Of a stretch of 64,000 nucleotides of DNA, positions 48,492 through 58,095 are shown piece by piece. Source of the DNA: Candidatus Anstonellales archaeon (GTDB taxonomy: Archaea > Micrarchaeota > Micrarchaeia > Anstonellales > J096); the NCBI GenBank assembly GCA_038890745.1, contig JAWAFD010000001.1, positions 92,809 to 156,808 of the forward strand. The letters run 5' to 3'. The notes below the pieces were generated by a model. That model ran no database searches. It saw only the letters and a list, made by a program, of their open reading frames with translations, and was not told the origin of the DNA. Each line of letters begins with the position of its first letter. Positions within the stretch are counted from its first letter, which is position 1. Both the position numbers and the translations under genes were made by a program.

Positions 48492-48857
48492 ATGTTCATT
48501 CCACCATACAGGAAAGATGAGCTTGATTTTGCCAATAAAAAGCTAAAAAGAAAAATAGAGAAGTATCAGCACATAGCTAAGTCAAATCTTCCGATTGATT
48601 ATTCAGACATACCTGAGAAAAAGTATGATGCATCGGCAAGGAAGCTGTATGATTTGAAGAAAGCTGGAAAATACGAAGAGATCGCTAGGATTGCTTTGGA
48701 GTACTTCAAGAATGGAGATGAAAGGAATGGAGAAAAATACTTGGCCACCCTATATACAAATAGCCCAGAGCATTTCTACGCCGCTTCAAAAAAACTTCAG
48801 CAATGTGGAATCCACTACCCTGTTTTTGAGGGCAAAGAACCGCTTATTAGGGTATGA
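48492..48857 (+). CDS. Hypothetical protein
   Basis: 121-aa ORF divergent from the previous gene. Confidence 0.6.
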   Translation: MFIPPYRKDELDFANKKLKRKIEKYQHIAKSNLPIDYSDIPEKKYDASARKLYDLKKAGKYEEIARIALEYFKNGDERNGEKYLATLYTNSPEHFYAASKKLQQCGIHYPVFEGKEPLIRV

Positions 48858-48888
48858 TTTTAAACTTTTTGTAGAATATAAATCTTCA

Positions 48889-49000
48889 GGGCCCGTAGTC
48901 GAGAGCCTTGCTTCAAGCGATATTTGTTGGCCAAGGCCGACAATGGTAAGACGTTACCCTGACACGGTAAAGATCCCCAGTTCGATCCTGGGCGGGCCCA
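48889..49000 (+). tRNA. tRNA-Val(GAC) with a 40-nt D-loop intron at 15/16 (48904-48943)
   Basis: GGGCCCG/CGGGCCC+A; anticodon arm TTACC-CTGACAC-GGTAA; T arm CCCAG-TTCGATC-CTGGG. Intron junction has a GTCG:CGAC helix with AG^A and AA^T bulges. Confidence 0.9.
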
Positions 49001-49012
49001 TGCGAGCTTTTA

Positions 49013-49301
49013 GGAGACTAGGGGGTACTTTAACTTATTCTCAGACCCCCTTACTCTACTACCCCCTTTCTTTTTCTAACCTCCTTGCTCCTAATAAGAT
49101 AGGGGGTGGAAGAGGCAGGGGGTCTGAGGCATGTTTAATTACCCCCTGGTCTCCCTTACTCTACTACCCCCCCGAACCCAGGGGGGAAGTGTCCCCCCTA
49201 GGTTTGAGGCTCCTCCGTAACCCCCCTCATTTTTGCTCGTATAAGATAGGGGGTGGAAGAGGCAGGGGGTCTGAGGCATGTTTAATTACCCCCTGGTCTC
49301 C
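49013..49301. repeat. G5/C5-rich repeat block: 61-bp perfect direct repeat (49094-49154 / 49241-49301) plus an imperfect inverted copy (49013-49067)
   Basis: Direct reading; nine exact AGGGGGT/ACCCCCT motifs. Confidence 0.9.
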
Positions 49302-49327
49302 TGATGCGGCGAAACAAGTCTGGCGGT

Positions 49328-49474
49328 CGGAATTTTTGATGCGCATGCAGAAACGTTTGAATAACCAATAATTCAGATGATGTCAATTTATTTTTAAACA
49401 TTCCTTCTCATTTATTCTTATGCATCGCATAGAGATAAAAATGAAAGACGGAATTTTTGATGCGCATGCAGAAA
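49328..49474 (+). repeat. 26-bp perfect direct repeat (49328-49353 / 49449-49474) bracketing the purL promoter and start
   Basis: CGGAATTTTTGATGCGCATGCAGAAA twice; the second copy is inside purL. Confidence 0.9.
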
Positions 49475-52275
49475 GCATAAGAAAAAAACTTAGCTCAAAG
49501 GGGTTTAACATCCAAAAGGTGATATTTATCCGCGTGTTCAATATAGGGGATGAGCTGAGCGAGGCCGAGTTACAGAAATTGGGTGAGGCGTTTTCGGATA
49601 GAGTGGCCGAGGAATTCTCTTTCAAATCCAACTTTGCTGTTTATGGATGGAGGGTTGAGGTTGGCTACCTTCCTGGGGTAACTGATAATCCTGCCCGGGT
49701 TGCAAAGGAGGCTGCAAAAAAAACAATAGGGAAGGAAATAGAAATTTACTCTTCGCGCGTTTACTCTTTTATTGGAAATGTTGGGGAAAAGCAGATGAGA
49801 GAGATTGTGAAAATTTTGCACAACCCACTGATCGAAAGATATAGAACCTCCCTCCCTTTAGAAGAAAATTTCTCCCCCTTTTTAGCTAGGGTGGAGCTTA
49901 AGGAAAAGCCAGAGGTTAAGGTTTTTGAGCCGGATTTTAATGTTCTGAAAAAGGCGAATGAGGAGGGTGCGCTTGCGCTCAGCGAAAAAGAGATATCTGC
50001 AATAGTTGAGTTTTTCAGCAGACCAGAAGTAAAGGTTGAGAGGGAGGATGTAGGATTAAAAGGGATTACTGATGTTGAACTGGAAGCGATAGCACAAACT
50101 TGGAGTGAGCACTGTAAGCACAAAATATTCAATGCAATAATAGAATATGAGGACGAGAATGGAAAAACGGAAAACATAAACTCTCTTTTCAAAACATACA
50201 TTGTTGGCGCAACAAACATCATTCCTTCCTCGTCGATTGTTTCTGTTTTCAAGGATAATGGGGGTGTTGTTTGGTTTGACGAGTACCATTACATAGTAGC
50301 AAAGGTTGAGACCCATAATGCTCCATCTGCTTTGGACCCTTACGGTGGGGCGCTTACAGGAATTCTAGGAGTGCAGAGGGATGTTTTGGGAACTGGTTTG
50401 GGCGCAAAACCATTTGCGAATATTGATGTTCTTTGCTTCGCGCCTCTCAACGAAAAACCCTATCCAGGTGCAAAATCCCCGGGCGAGCTTTTTGAAGGGG
50501 TTGTTTCGGGTATAAGAGACGGAGGAAACAAAACAGGAATCCCAACCGTGAATGGTTCTGTTGTTTTTGAGAGCTGCTTCAATGGTAGGCCTCTTGTGTA
50601 TGCAGGAACATTCGGAATTATGCCGTCCAGGATTGTTGATAGAAAGAGCGAAAAAAAGGAGATAAAGCCAGGGTACTTGGCAGTAATGGTTGGGGGAAGG
50701 GTTGGGAAGGACGGGGTTCATGGAGCAACAGCTTCGAGTATGGAGATAAGCAAAAAAACCCCAATGGGAATGGTCCAGCTTGGGGATGCATTCATGCAGA
50801 AAAAAGTAATAGATTTTGTTCTTGAGGCGAGAGACAGGCGGCTTTATGAAGGGATTACGGATAATGGAGCAGGAGGGCTGAGCTCGAGCATCGGAGAGCT
50901 TGGAGTGGAAGGATGCGAAATCTGGCTGGATAAAGTTCCTCTCAAATACCCTGGTCTGCATCCATGGGAAATTCTTGTTTCAGAGAGCCAGGAGAGAATG
51001 ACACTGGCAGTTAAGGAAGAAGCCATACCAGAGTTGGAGGAGCTTGCAAAAAAGCACGATGTTGAGATTTCGGTGGTTGGAAAGTTTACGAATACCGGAA
51101 AATTTGTTGTAAAATACAAAGAGAGTATTGTTGCTTATCTACCATCCAGTTTCCTCCACCACCCGCCAAGGATGGTTTTGAAGGCAAAGTGGAAAAGAAA
51201 AAATTTTGAGGAAAAGAAAGTATACCTAGATGACTATTCTAGGGTTCTTTTTGACCTTCTAAAAATGCCGAATATTGTGAGTAAGGAATACGTAATCAGA
51301 CAGTACGACCATGAGGTTCAGGGAGGAAGCGTGATAAAGCCATTGGTTGGTTTCGATGGCCCGGGTGATGCAGCAGTCATCCGGCCTTTGCTGCATAAAA
51401 AAGACGCAGTTGTGATCGGCCATGGTATCTGCCCAAAATACATCCAGGACCCCTACGACATGGCGGCCATGGCTTTTGATGAGGCGGTTAGGAATGTTGT
51501 ATGCGCAGGTTCCTATCCAATAGCAGCATTAGATAATTTTTGCTGGCCAAACCCTCTTGAGGATGAGGAAAAGCTTGGCGCTCTTGTGAGAGCAAACAAA
51601 GCTCTTTACGATGCCGCTGTTGAGTTTGGGGTTCCTTTTATTTCCGGAAAGGATAGCATGAAGAATGATTTTGTGGATAGGAATGGAGTAAAACACTCAA
51701 TCAACCCAACCATTCTTATTACTGCTATAGGAATTATGGATGATGCATCAAAAGCAATAGGGTCTGATTTTAAGGAGGCCGGGGATCTGATATATGTTGC
51801 TGGAATTACGAAAGATGAGCTCGGGGGAAGCGAGCTGTACAAACTATTCGGAATAGTCGGAAACAAAAACCCAAAAGTAAACTTTTCGCTAAACAAAAAA
51901 ACATATAAAGCCATTCACAATGCTTGTGTTCGTGAGCTCTTAAGGAGCATGCATGATGTGAGCGATGGGGGGCTGGCCATTGCGCTTGCTGAGTGCGCTA
52001 TAGCCGGGTGGATAGGGATAGATGTTGATGTTAGCAGGGTCGAGAATGAAACAGACAAACTTGAAGCATTGCTATTCAGCGAGAGCGCAGGGAGGGTAGT
52101 GTTCTCCATCCATCCGGAGGATAAAGAGGAGGTTGAGAAACTTCTTGGGGGTATCCCATATGCTCTTATTGGCAGGGTGAGGGGCGACAGCAGGTTTGTA
52201 ATAAGGGCATGGGGGAGGCAGGTTCTAAACGAGGATATCGAAAAGCTTGCGGGAGTTTGGAGGGAATTTCCATGA
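49420..52275 (+). CDS. purL: FGAM synthase PurL with fused N-terminal PurS-like domains
   Basis: AQTWSEHCKHK, KVETHN, DNGAGG, SESQERM, QYDHEVQ, FISGKDS, HDVSDGG; N-terminal GIFDAHAESI and PGVTDN PurS-like units. Confidence 0.95.
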   Translation: MHRIEIKMKDGIFDAHAESIRKKLSSKGFNIQKVIFIRVFNIGDELSEAELQKLGEAFSDRVAEEFSFKSNFAVYGWRVEVGYLPGVTDNPARVAKEAAKKTIGKEIEIYSSRVYSFIGNVGEKQMREIVKILHNPLIERYRTSLPLEENFSPFLARVELKEKPEVKVFEPDFNVLKKANEEGALALSEKEISAIVEFFSRPEVKVEREDVGLKGITDVELEAIAQTWSEHCKHKIFNAIIEYEDENGKTENINSLFKTYIVGATNIIPSSSIVSVFKDNGGVVWFDEYHYIVAKVETHNAPSALDPYGGALTGILGVQRDVLGTGLGAKPFANIDVLCFAPLNEKPYPGAKSPGELFEGVVSGIRDGGNKTGIPTVNGSVVFESCFNGRPLVYAGTFGIMPSRIVDRKSEKKEIKPGYLAVMVGGRVGKDGVHGATASSMEISKKTPMGMVQLGDAFMQKKVIDFVLEARDRRLYEGITDNGAGGLSSSIGELGVEGCEIWLDKVPLKYPGLHPWEILVSESQERMTLAVKEEAIPELEELAKKHDVEISVVGKFTNTGKFVVKYKESIVAYLPSSFLHHPPRMVLKAKWKRKNFEEKKVYLDDYSRVLFDLLKMPNIVSKEYVIRQYDHEVQGGSVIKPLVGFDGPGDAAVIRPLLHKKDAVVIGHGICPKYIQDPYDMAAMAFDEAVRNVVCAGSYPIAALDNFCWPNPLEDEEKLGALVRANKALYDAAVEFGVPFISGKDSMKNDFVDRNGVKHSINPTILITAIGIMDDASKAIGSDFKEAGDLIYVAGITKDELGGSELYKLFGIVGNKNPKVNFSLNKKTYKAIHNACVRELLRSMHDVSDGGLAIALAECAIAGWIGIDVDVSRVENETDKLEALLFSESAGRVVFSIHPEDKEEVEKLLGGIPYALIGRVRGDSRFVIRAWGRQVLNEDIEKLAGVWREFP

Positions 52276-53045
52276 TGCTTAAAGCCCTTATTCTCTGCGG
52301 AGAAGGGATAAATACTGAATACGAAATGGCGCATGCGGTTAAAACAGTTGGGGGGGTTGCAAACATCATTCATGTAAACCATCTTATAAAAAACAAAAAG
52401 CTTCTCCACGATTACAGTCTCCTGATATTTCCGGGAGGGTTTAGCTTTGGGGATGAATTGGGAAGCGGAAAGGTACTCGCAAACATTTTTGCAAAAGAGA
52501 TGTGGAATGATATTATGACATTCATAAGTCAGAAAAAGCTTATTCTAGGGGTTTGTAATGGTTTTCAGGTTCTTGTAAAAATGGGTCTTCTCCCAGATCT
52601 GAGCGGAGAACAAAAGGCAACACTTACGTATAATGATACTGGAAGGTTTGAGGACAGATGGGTCCATCTTAAGATAAATCCGCTCTCTCCCTGCATTTTC
52701 ACAAAAGGTCTTGATGCTCTTTATCTTCCTGTTAGGCATGGAGAAGGGAAATTCATTTCGGATGAAAAGACGCTTGGGTATATTGCTGAAAAAAACCTTT
52801 ATGCAATGCAGTACGTGGATGCAAACGGAAACCTTGCGGGCTATCCCCACAACCCAAACGGTTCAGTTATGAACATCGCAGGAATATGCAATGAGAGTGG
52901 CCAGGTTTTCGGCTTAATGCCTCACCCAGAGGCATACACCCATTTTACAAATCATCCAAGATGGACAAGGCTGGAAGGTTTGCTTAAACCAAATGGGTTG
53001 AGCATTTTTGAAAATGCAAAAAAATATATAGAAAAAAATCTATAG
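52272..53045 (+). CDS. purQ: FGAM synthase glutaminase subunit
   Basis: PGGFSFGD, GVCNGFQ, HGEGK, NPNGS, GLMPHPE. Confidence 0.95.
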   Translation: MMLKALILCGEGINTEYEMAHAVKTVGGVANIIHVNHLIKNKKLLHDYSLLIFPGGFSFGDELGSGKVLANIFAKEMWNDIMTFISQKKLILGVCNGFQVLVKMGLLPDLSGEQKATLTYNDTGRFEDRWVHLKINPLSPCIFTKGLDALYLPVRHGEGKFISDEKTLGYIAEKNLYAMQYVDANGNLAGYPHNPNGSVMNIAGICNESGQVFGLMPHPEAYTHFTNHPRWTRLEGLLKPNGLSIFENAKKYIEKNL

Positions 53046-53058
53046 CCATTATTCCTTC

Positions 53059-53907
53059 TTACTTGTTTTTCGTTGCCTCTTTCCATGTAAGGTATGAGAC
53101 TGGCTTGAATAGCACATCTATGATTATAGTGATACCTAGAGCCATCACTGCCGAAACAAAAAGACCCACAACTACCCAAATCCCAAAGAGCGGGAAGATG
53201 TTGCTAACATCACCCCCACTTATAGAGGGCGTACTGCCAACGACTGCCGCTAGTACAAACATAGTCACTATCACAGCCAGTATTATATAGAATACCGCAA
53301 GTATAATTGCCATCAGCATCCCAACTACAATGTCCATTCCAAGCACAAACCCAAAGTTCTTCATCACAGCAGAGTAAGAACCCTTTATGCTTTCAACTAT
53401 CCCTTTCCTTCCTACAACATACTCCCACTGTACAAACTGTATGATAAAGATCCATGCAAGATATATCAGCCAGCCGATTAAGATTAGTAGCAACCCAGCG
53501 ATGCCCCCAACAAACTCACCAATTATTCTTGGTATACTCACCCCGATCCCGAACAAACCCATCACAATAACAAAAACTGAATTCCTTATCCAGTCTTTTT
53601 TTATTGTCTTAATAAGCTCAAATTCTTTTTCATCTGCAACATTGTCAACGAGCGTGTTTGAGCTTAGCGCGATCCCACCCGCAATTATTAAGATTGGGAT
53701 CATAAGGATAAGACCGAGTAGTATAAGAATCTCAGAAAGCATGGCAAGCAGAATCATAACTACGAATCCAACAAGGAAAAAAGCAACAACACTACCGTAG
53801 ACTTTTCCAAACCCGACCAAAAGCTCTTTCCATTTTTTTAAGGTCATCCCAAATCCTGCTTTAATTGTTGCACTCATTCTATCCAATACGTTCATGGTAT
53901 CACGCAT
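53059..53907 (-). CDS. Integral membrane protein
   Basis: About 6 hydrophobic helices. Confidence 0.75.
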   Translation of the reverse strand: MRDTMNVLDRMSATIKAGFGMTLKKWKELLVGFGKVYGSVVAFFLVGFVVMILLAMLSEILILLGLILMIPILIIAGGIALSSNTLVDNVADEKEFELIKTIKKDWIRNSVFVIVMGLFGIGVSIPRIIGEFVGGIAGLLLILIGWLIYLAWIFIIQFVQWEYVVGRKGIVESIKGSYSAVMKNFGFVLGMDIVVGMLMAIILAVFYIILAVIVTMFVLAAVVGSTPSISGGDVSNIFPLFGIWVVVGLFVSAVMALGITIIIDVLFKPVSYLTWKEATKNK

Positions 53908-53953
53908 TTTTTTCTGTATAAAAATTTATAAATTTGCTATTTCTATTAAATTC

Positions 53954-54718
53954 ATGAAAGTTGTTCTCTCATATAAAAAGAGCGTTCATGAGAATGCAGC
54001 CTATTATTATGAGTTGGCAAAAAAATACAGAAAAAAGGCGCATGCCGCAAGGGAAGCGCTGAAAGAGCTTGAAAAAAAACTTGAGGAAGCAAAAAAGAAA
54101 AAAGAAAGGGAAAAACCGACCGTTAGGGTTTTGCGGGAAAAGGAATGGTACGAGAAATTTCACTGGTTTTTTACCTCTTCCGGAAAGCTTGTAATTGGAG
54201 GGAAGGATGCGCAGCAGAACGATCTGATCTACTCAAAACACATCGAGCCCAACGATTTGTTTTTTCATGCAGACATCCAAGGCGGAAGCGTTGTTATTCT
54301 AAAAGATGGAAAGAATGCAGAAGAGCAGGAAAGGCTGGAGGCTGCGCAGTTTGCAGCCTGTTTCTCAAAAGCATGGTCATCAGGATTCTCCTATGTTGAT
54401 GTTTACTCGGCAGCTCCTGAACAGCTTACAAAACATTCTGCCGGTGAGTATGTTGCAAAGGGAGCGATAGTAGTAAGAGGGGAAAAGGAATGGTATAAAA
54501 GAACACCTCTTAAGCTGCGGTTAGGAATCGATGAAAGAGGAAGGGTTGCAGTCATTCCGGCATTCTCAAAAACAAAACTAAAAAATGAAATAACGATAAT
54601 TCCTGGAAAAGAAGAGAAAGGGGTAGTCGCAAAAAAGCTTGCAAAAATTCTAAACATCCATCCAGATGAGCTTCTTCAGATACTACCGAGCGGAAAAACG
54701 AGTGTAGTGAGAGAATGA
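53954..54718 (+). CDS. NFACT-R (DUF814) RNA-binding protein, Rqc2/RqcH-related, short form
   Basis: ENAAYYYELAKK, WYEKFHWF..GGKDAQQND, FFHADIQG, SKAW. Confidence 0.88.
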   Translation: MKVVLSYKKSVHENAAYYYELAKKYRKKAHAAREALKELEKKLEEAKKKKEREKPTVRVLREKEWYEKFHWFFTSSGKLVIGGKDAQQNDLIYSKHIEPNDLFFHADIQGGSVVILKDGKNAEEQERLEAAQFAACFSKAWSSGFSYVDVYSAAPEQLTKHSAGEYVAKGAIVVRGEKEWYKRTPLKLRLGIDERGRVAVIPAFSKTKLKNEITIIPGKEEKGVVAKKLAKILNIHPDELLQILPSGKTSVVRE

Positions 54719-55848
54719 AAATTTCTCTAAATTATGAACTCGGAAAGTATTTTACATTCGATCCAAGCAAATCCAAACCCATATACAATTGGTTTTATTA
54801 TAAGGAAGCATTCAGCCCGGAGTTGGTTTTTTACTTTATTAAAAAATTTAATCCGAACAAAATTCTCGATCCATTCTGCGGGATAGGAACGACTTTACTT
54901 GCTGCAAAGGAAAAAAACATTCCTGCCTTTGGAATGGATATTTCTCCATTAGCGGTTTTTGTGAGTAGGGTAAAGACAGAGTTCTACACTGAAAGTGATT
55001 GCAAAGAGGGAGAAAAAATTTTGCACAGATTCTTTGAAGATCGCTTCGTCCCTTCCTTTGAGTGGGGATTTGAGCTTTTTTCTCCAAAAAAATTCTTCCC
55101 TCCGCGGAATTATAATGACATTGTTTTCATCCGTGAAAAGATAGAAGAAATAGAAAACAAAAAAATTCAAAACCTATTCCTTCTCGCCCTTCTTTCCATC
55201 ATCCCACAATGCGGGCTTTTCATAAAGGATGGGGGTGTTTTGAAGTTTGCTAAGGAGAAAAGGGCCATGCCGGCTAAGGAGGCTTTTAGGAGAAAGGTCA
55301 AGAGAATGCTAAAAGAGGCAAGAGGGACAAAACCAGGGAAGGTTTTTGTTTCTGAAGGGGATGCAAGATTTATGGAGTTTGAAGAAGAGTTCGATGGAAT
55401 AATAACCTCCCCGCCCTATCTAAACAACATTGATTACACAAAAGTATATGGGCTTGAGCTTTCCCTCCTTACCATGGATGAGGGTATAACAAAAAGGATA
55501 AGGGAAAAAAGCTTCCGCTCTTTCATAACAAAGGAAACGAAAGCAAGCGAGATCCTTCCCGAGGTTGAGGAGTATTCCGCTCTACCCATACTACCGGCTT
55601 ATTTTGCGGACAGCAAAAAAGTTTTTGAGAATTTTTATAAAGTGCTCAAAAAAGGCGGAAGGGCCGCGTATGTTGTTGGGAATGCAGTGATACATGAAAC
55701 TTACATTCCTGTTGATGAGATCCTTTGCAGGATTGCTGAAAAAATGGGTTTTGAAACCGAGATCGTTGTTGGTCTTGAAAGATGGGCAGATGTAAGGCCG
55801 GCCAGGATAAAAACAAGGGAAAGTGTTGTTTTGCTTGAGAAAATCTAA
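54715..55848 (+). CDS. Orphan N4C/N6A DNA methyltransferase
   Basis: WFYYKEAFS, LDPFCGIGTT (motif I), ITSPPYLN (motif IV); no adjacent restriction endonuclease. Confidence 0.82.
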   Translation: MKISLNYELGKYFTFDPSKSKPIYNWFYYKEAFSPELVFYFIKKFNPNKILDPFCGIGTTLLAAKEKNIPAFGMDISPLAVFVSRVKTEFYTESDCKEGEKILHRFFEDRFVPSFEWGFELFSPKKFFPPRNYNDIVFIREKIEEIENKKIQNLFLLALLSIIPQCGLFIKDGGVLKFAKEKRAMPAKEAFRRKVKRMLKEARGTKPGKVFVSEGDARFMEFEEEFDGIITSPPYLNNIDYTKVYGLELSLLTMDEGITKRIREKSFRSFITKETKASEILPEVEEYSALPILPAYFADSKKVFENFYKVLKKGGRAAYVVGNAVIHETYIPVDEILCRIAEKMGFETEIVVGLERWADVRPARIKTRESVVLLEKI

Positions 55849-56933
55849 CAAATAACCTCAACATTTCTCACTTTTTCATCAACAACATTCCAGTCTATTT
55901 TTTTCTCTTCTTCCTCAACATCAGAAAGCTTTGCGGCCGTTGCCGGCTTCTTCTTTGTGAATGCGCAGAATTCTGGAATGTGAGCAGATAGTTCATACGT
56001 ACCTATCTTTTTTGCCATATCAGTAATCTCCTGTTTATCTAATCCTACCAAAGGCCTGAGAACAATCCTTTCGCTTGCTTTATCTATCACGCCTAGGTTT
56101 TTCAATGTCTGGGAAGAAACCTGTCCTATACTTTCACCAGTCACTATTCCATCATATCCTGGAATGGAGTTGGCAATTCTGTAAAGTACCCTCTTAAAAA
56201 TAACCTGTCTGTATCTCTCTTCGCATTCAGCAATCTGTTTGTTTATTTCTCTTCCATCAAAAATGAATAGTTTTCCACCGAGAAACCAACCATCATTAAG
56301 TTTTCTGAAAACGCCAACAACATTTTCTTTAATGCTTTCGTTGAAAGAGTAGAAAAGAAAATCAACCCTCACCCCTCTTTTTGCAACCATCCACGCTGCA
56401 ACTGGCGAGTCTATTCCACCTGAGAAAAGGGCGAGCGCATTTCCACCTGTTCCATAAGGCATCCCGCCCGGACCTTTTCTCTCATCAAACAGAACGTACG
56501 CTCCACCCTCCCTTATCTCTATGACAATTTTTTCATCGTATGATTTTACACCCAATCTCATTCCTCTGTTTTCAATCCTCTCAACCATTATTTTTGTTAT
56601 CTCTGGAGCAGTTAATGGAAAATTTTTATCCGTTCTGTTTACTTCTATTTTGTATTTTTTATTTTTTTCCATCGATTCAGAGACCTCATTAGCAATTTTC
56701 TCTATATCTTTTTCGCAAACAATCGCCTTGCAATAGCTGGATACTCCAAAAATTTTTTCTAATATCTCCCCGTTTTTCCCATCCACAGTTATCCTTCCAT
56801 CTTTTTTTCTAACCTTCACATCGATTTTATTTTTTTTGTATGCGTTTCTTATATTCTCCATCAAGACATTTTCCATTCTAGCCCTTACGGCCCTGCTCTT
56901 TACACCCAACTCAGAATATTTTACAACAAACAT
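55845..56933 (-). CDS. thiI: tRNA 4-thiouridine synthase
   Basis: KYSELGVKS, THUMP domain, GPGGMP, SGGIDSPVA, TGESIGQVSSQT, RPLVGLDK. Confidence 0.93.
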   Translation of the reverse strand: MFVVKYSELGVKSRAVRARMENVLMENIRNAYKKNKIDVKVRKKDGRITVDGKNGEILEKIFGVSSYCKAIVCEKDIEKIANEVSESMEKNKKYKIEVNRTDKNFPLTAPEITKIMVERIENRGMRLGVKSYDEKIVIEIREGGAYVLFDERKGPGGMPYGTGGNALALFSGGIDSPVAAWMVAKRGVRVDFLFYSFNESIKENVVGVFRKLNDGWFLGGKLFIFDGREINKQIAECEERYRQVIFKRVLYRIANSIPGYDGIVTGESIGQVSSQTLKNLGVIDKASERIVLRPLVGLDKQEITDMAKKIGTYELSAHIPEFCAFTKKKPATAAKLSDVEEEEKKIDWNVVDEKVRNVEVIC

Positions 56934-58061
56934 TCACTCAAACCTTTTGTTCCACATCTCGCTTGCCAGTTTTCCGTTGTACATAAACTTTTTTAGAAGC
57001 CCGCGAGCCCGCTCCCGGTTTTTTCTATGCTCTTTTAAAAATTCATTCACCTTGTCAATAAGGATCTGCTTTAGCTCACCCGTAAGCATCCTCCCGCTTC
57101 TGTACTCATCCTCTATCCTTTTCAGTTTTTCATCATCAGGCTCGAAGAATATCTTTAGCCATTGGAAAGAAACATCTATATCGGGATTTCCACCTTTTTT
57201 TCTATGCTCCTCAACAGTTGCCTGACCCCCGCTGAATGCATATTTCATTATTTTATTTTTTACTGTTCTCTCATCATCATTAAGCCATATTGCACTCTCT
57301 GCCTGGCTTGAACTCATCTTTCCCGTTATCCCCTGCAATGGGGGGAAGAATTTTGAATGTATTGCGGCTGTCTTGTAATACCCAAGGCTTTCTGCAATAT
57401 CTCTCTGGATTCTCCAATAAGGGTCCTGGTCTATGGCTGCGGGGATGAGACAGATTTTTTTCTCAAACATGGTTGGGAATACCTGGTATGCAGGATAGAA
57501 TATCATTCCTATGTTCGTTTCATTCGTAAATCCAAAAACTGCCTTTGCTGTGCTGAATGTTATTTTTTTCGCTATTTTTAGTATGAGCGGGTATGCATTC
57601 GCTATGTACTCTGAATCCCGGAAAATGAATGTTTTATCGGGGTCAAACCCAACCGCAGCGATATCAAGAATGTTATCCATGGTATATTTTTCAATCTCGC
57701 TCCATTCCGCCTCTTTTTTGTACAGGAACTTCTCATCATCCGTAACCTCGATATATGCATTAACCCCAAATCTCTCCTGAAGCCATTTTGTAAATAGCAT
57801 TGGTATGAGATGGCCGAGATGCATAGGCCCGGATGGCCCCCTTCCTGTATAAAGAAAGAACCCTTTCCCTTCCTCATAATGCTTAAGAACTACATCCATA
57901 TCTCTGTGGGAGTAGAAATACCCCCTTCTAAGCATTACGTTGTCCCCGGCGATCTTCATTATTCTGTTTTTTATTTCAGGCGTCAGCGGTGAGGTTCCGA
58001 ATTCTTTAATCAGTTTAGTGTAGTCTATCTCTCCGCTTACCTCCCATGGGGTTACTTTCAT
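56934..58061 (-). CDS. trpS: Tryptophanyl-tRNA synthetase
   Basis: VTPWEV, YTGRGPS..HLGH, AIDQDPY, KMSSS, AFSGG. Confidence 0.96.
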   Translation of the reverse strand: MKVTPWEVSGEIDYTKLIKEFGTSPLTPEIKNRIMKIAGDNVMLRRGYFYSHRDMDVVLKHYEEGKGFFLYTGRGPSGPMHLGHLIPMLFTKWLQERFGVNAYIEVTDDEKFLYKKEAEWSEIEKYTMDNILDIAAVGFDPDKTFIFRDSEYIANAYPLILKIAKKITFSTAKAVFGFTNETNIGMIFYPAYQVFPTMFEKKICLIPAAIDQDPYWRIQRDIAESLGYYKTAAIHSKFFPPLQGITGKMSSSQAESAIWLNDDERTVKNKIMKYAFSGGQATVEEHRKKGGNPDIDVSFQWLKIFFEPDDEKLKRIEDEYRSGRMLTGELKQILIDKVNEFLKEHRKNRERARGLLKKFMYNGKLASEMWNKRFE

Positions 58062-58095
58062 AATTGGAATTGAAAACAAAAGTTTTTTATTAATG

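Noticed and set aside
49094..49301. CRISPR array
   Set aside because: Only two 61-bp copies with an 86-bp gap that itself contains repeat-derived sequence. Sizes do not fit CRISPR and no cas operon is present.
48691..49371. 226-aa ORF from the track
   Set aside because: It runs across tRNA-Val and the repeat block; the peptide repeats just mirror the DNA repeats.
54715..55848. Restriction-modification system
   Set aside because: No endonuclease or specificity gene is adjacent; the methyltransferase sits among housekeeping genes.
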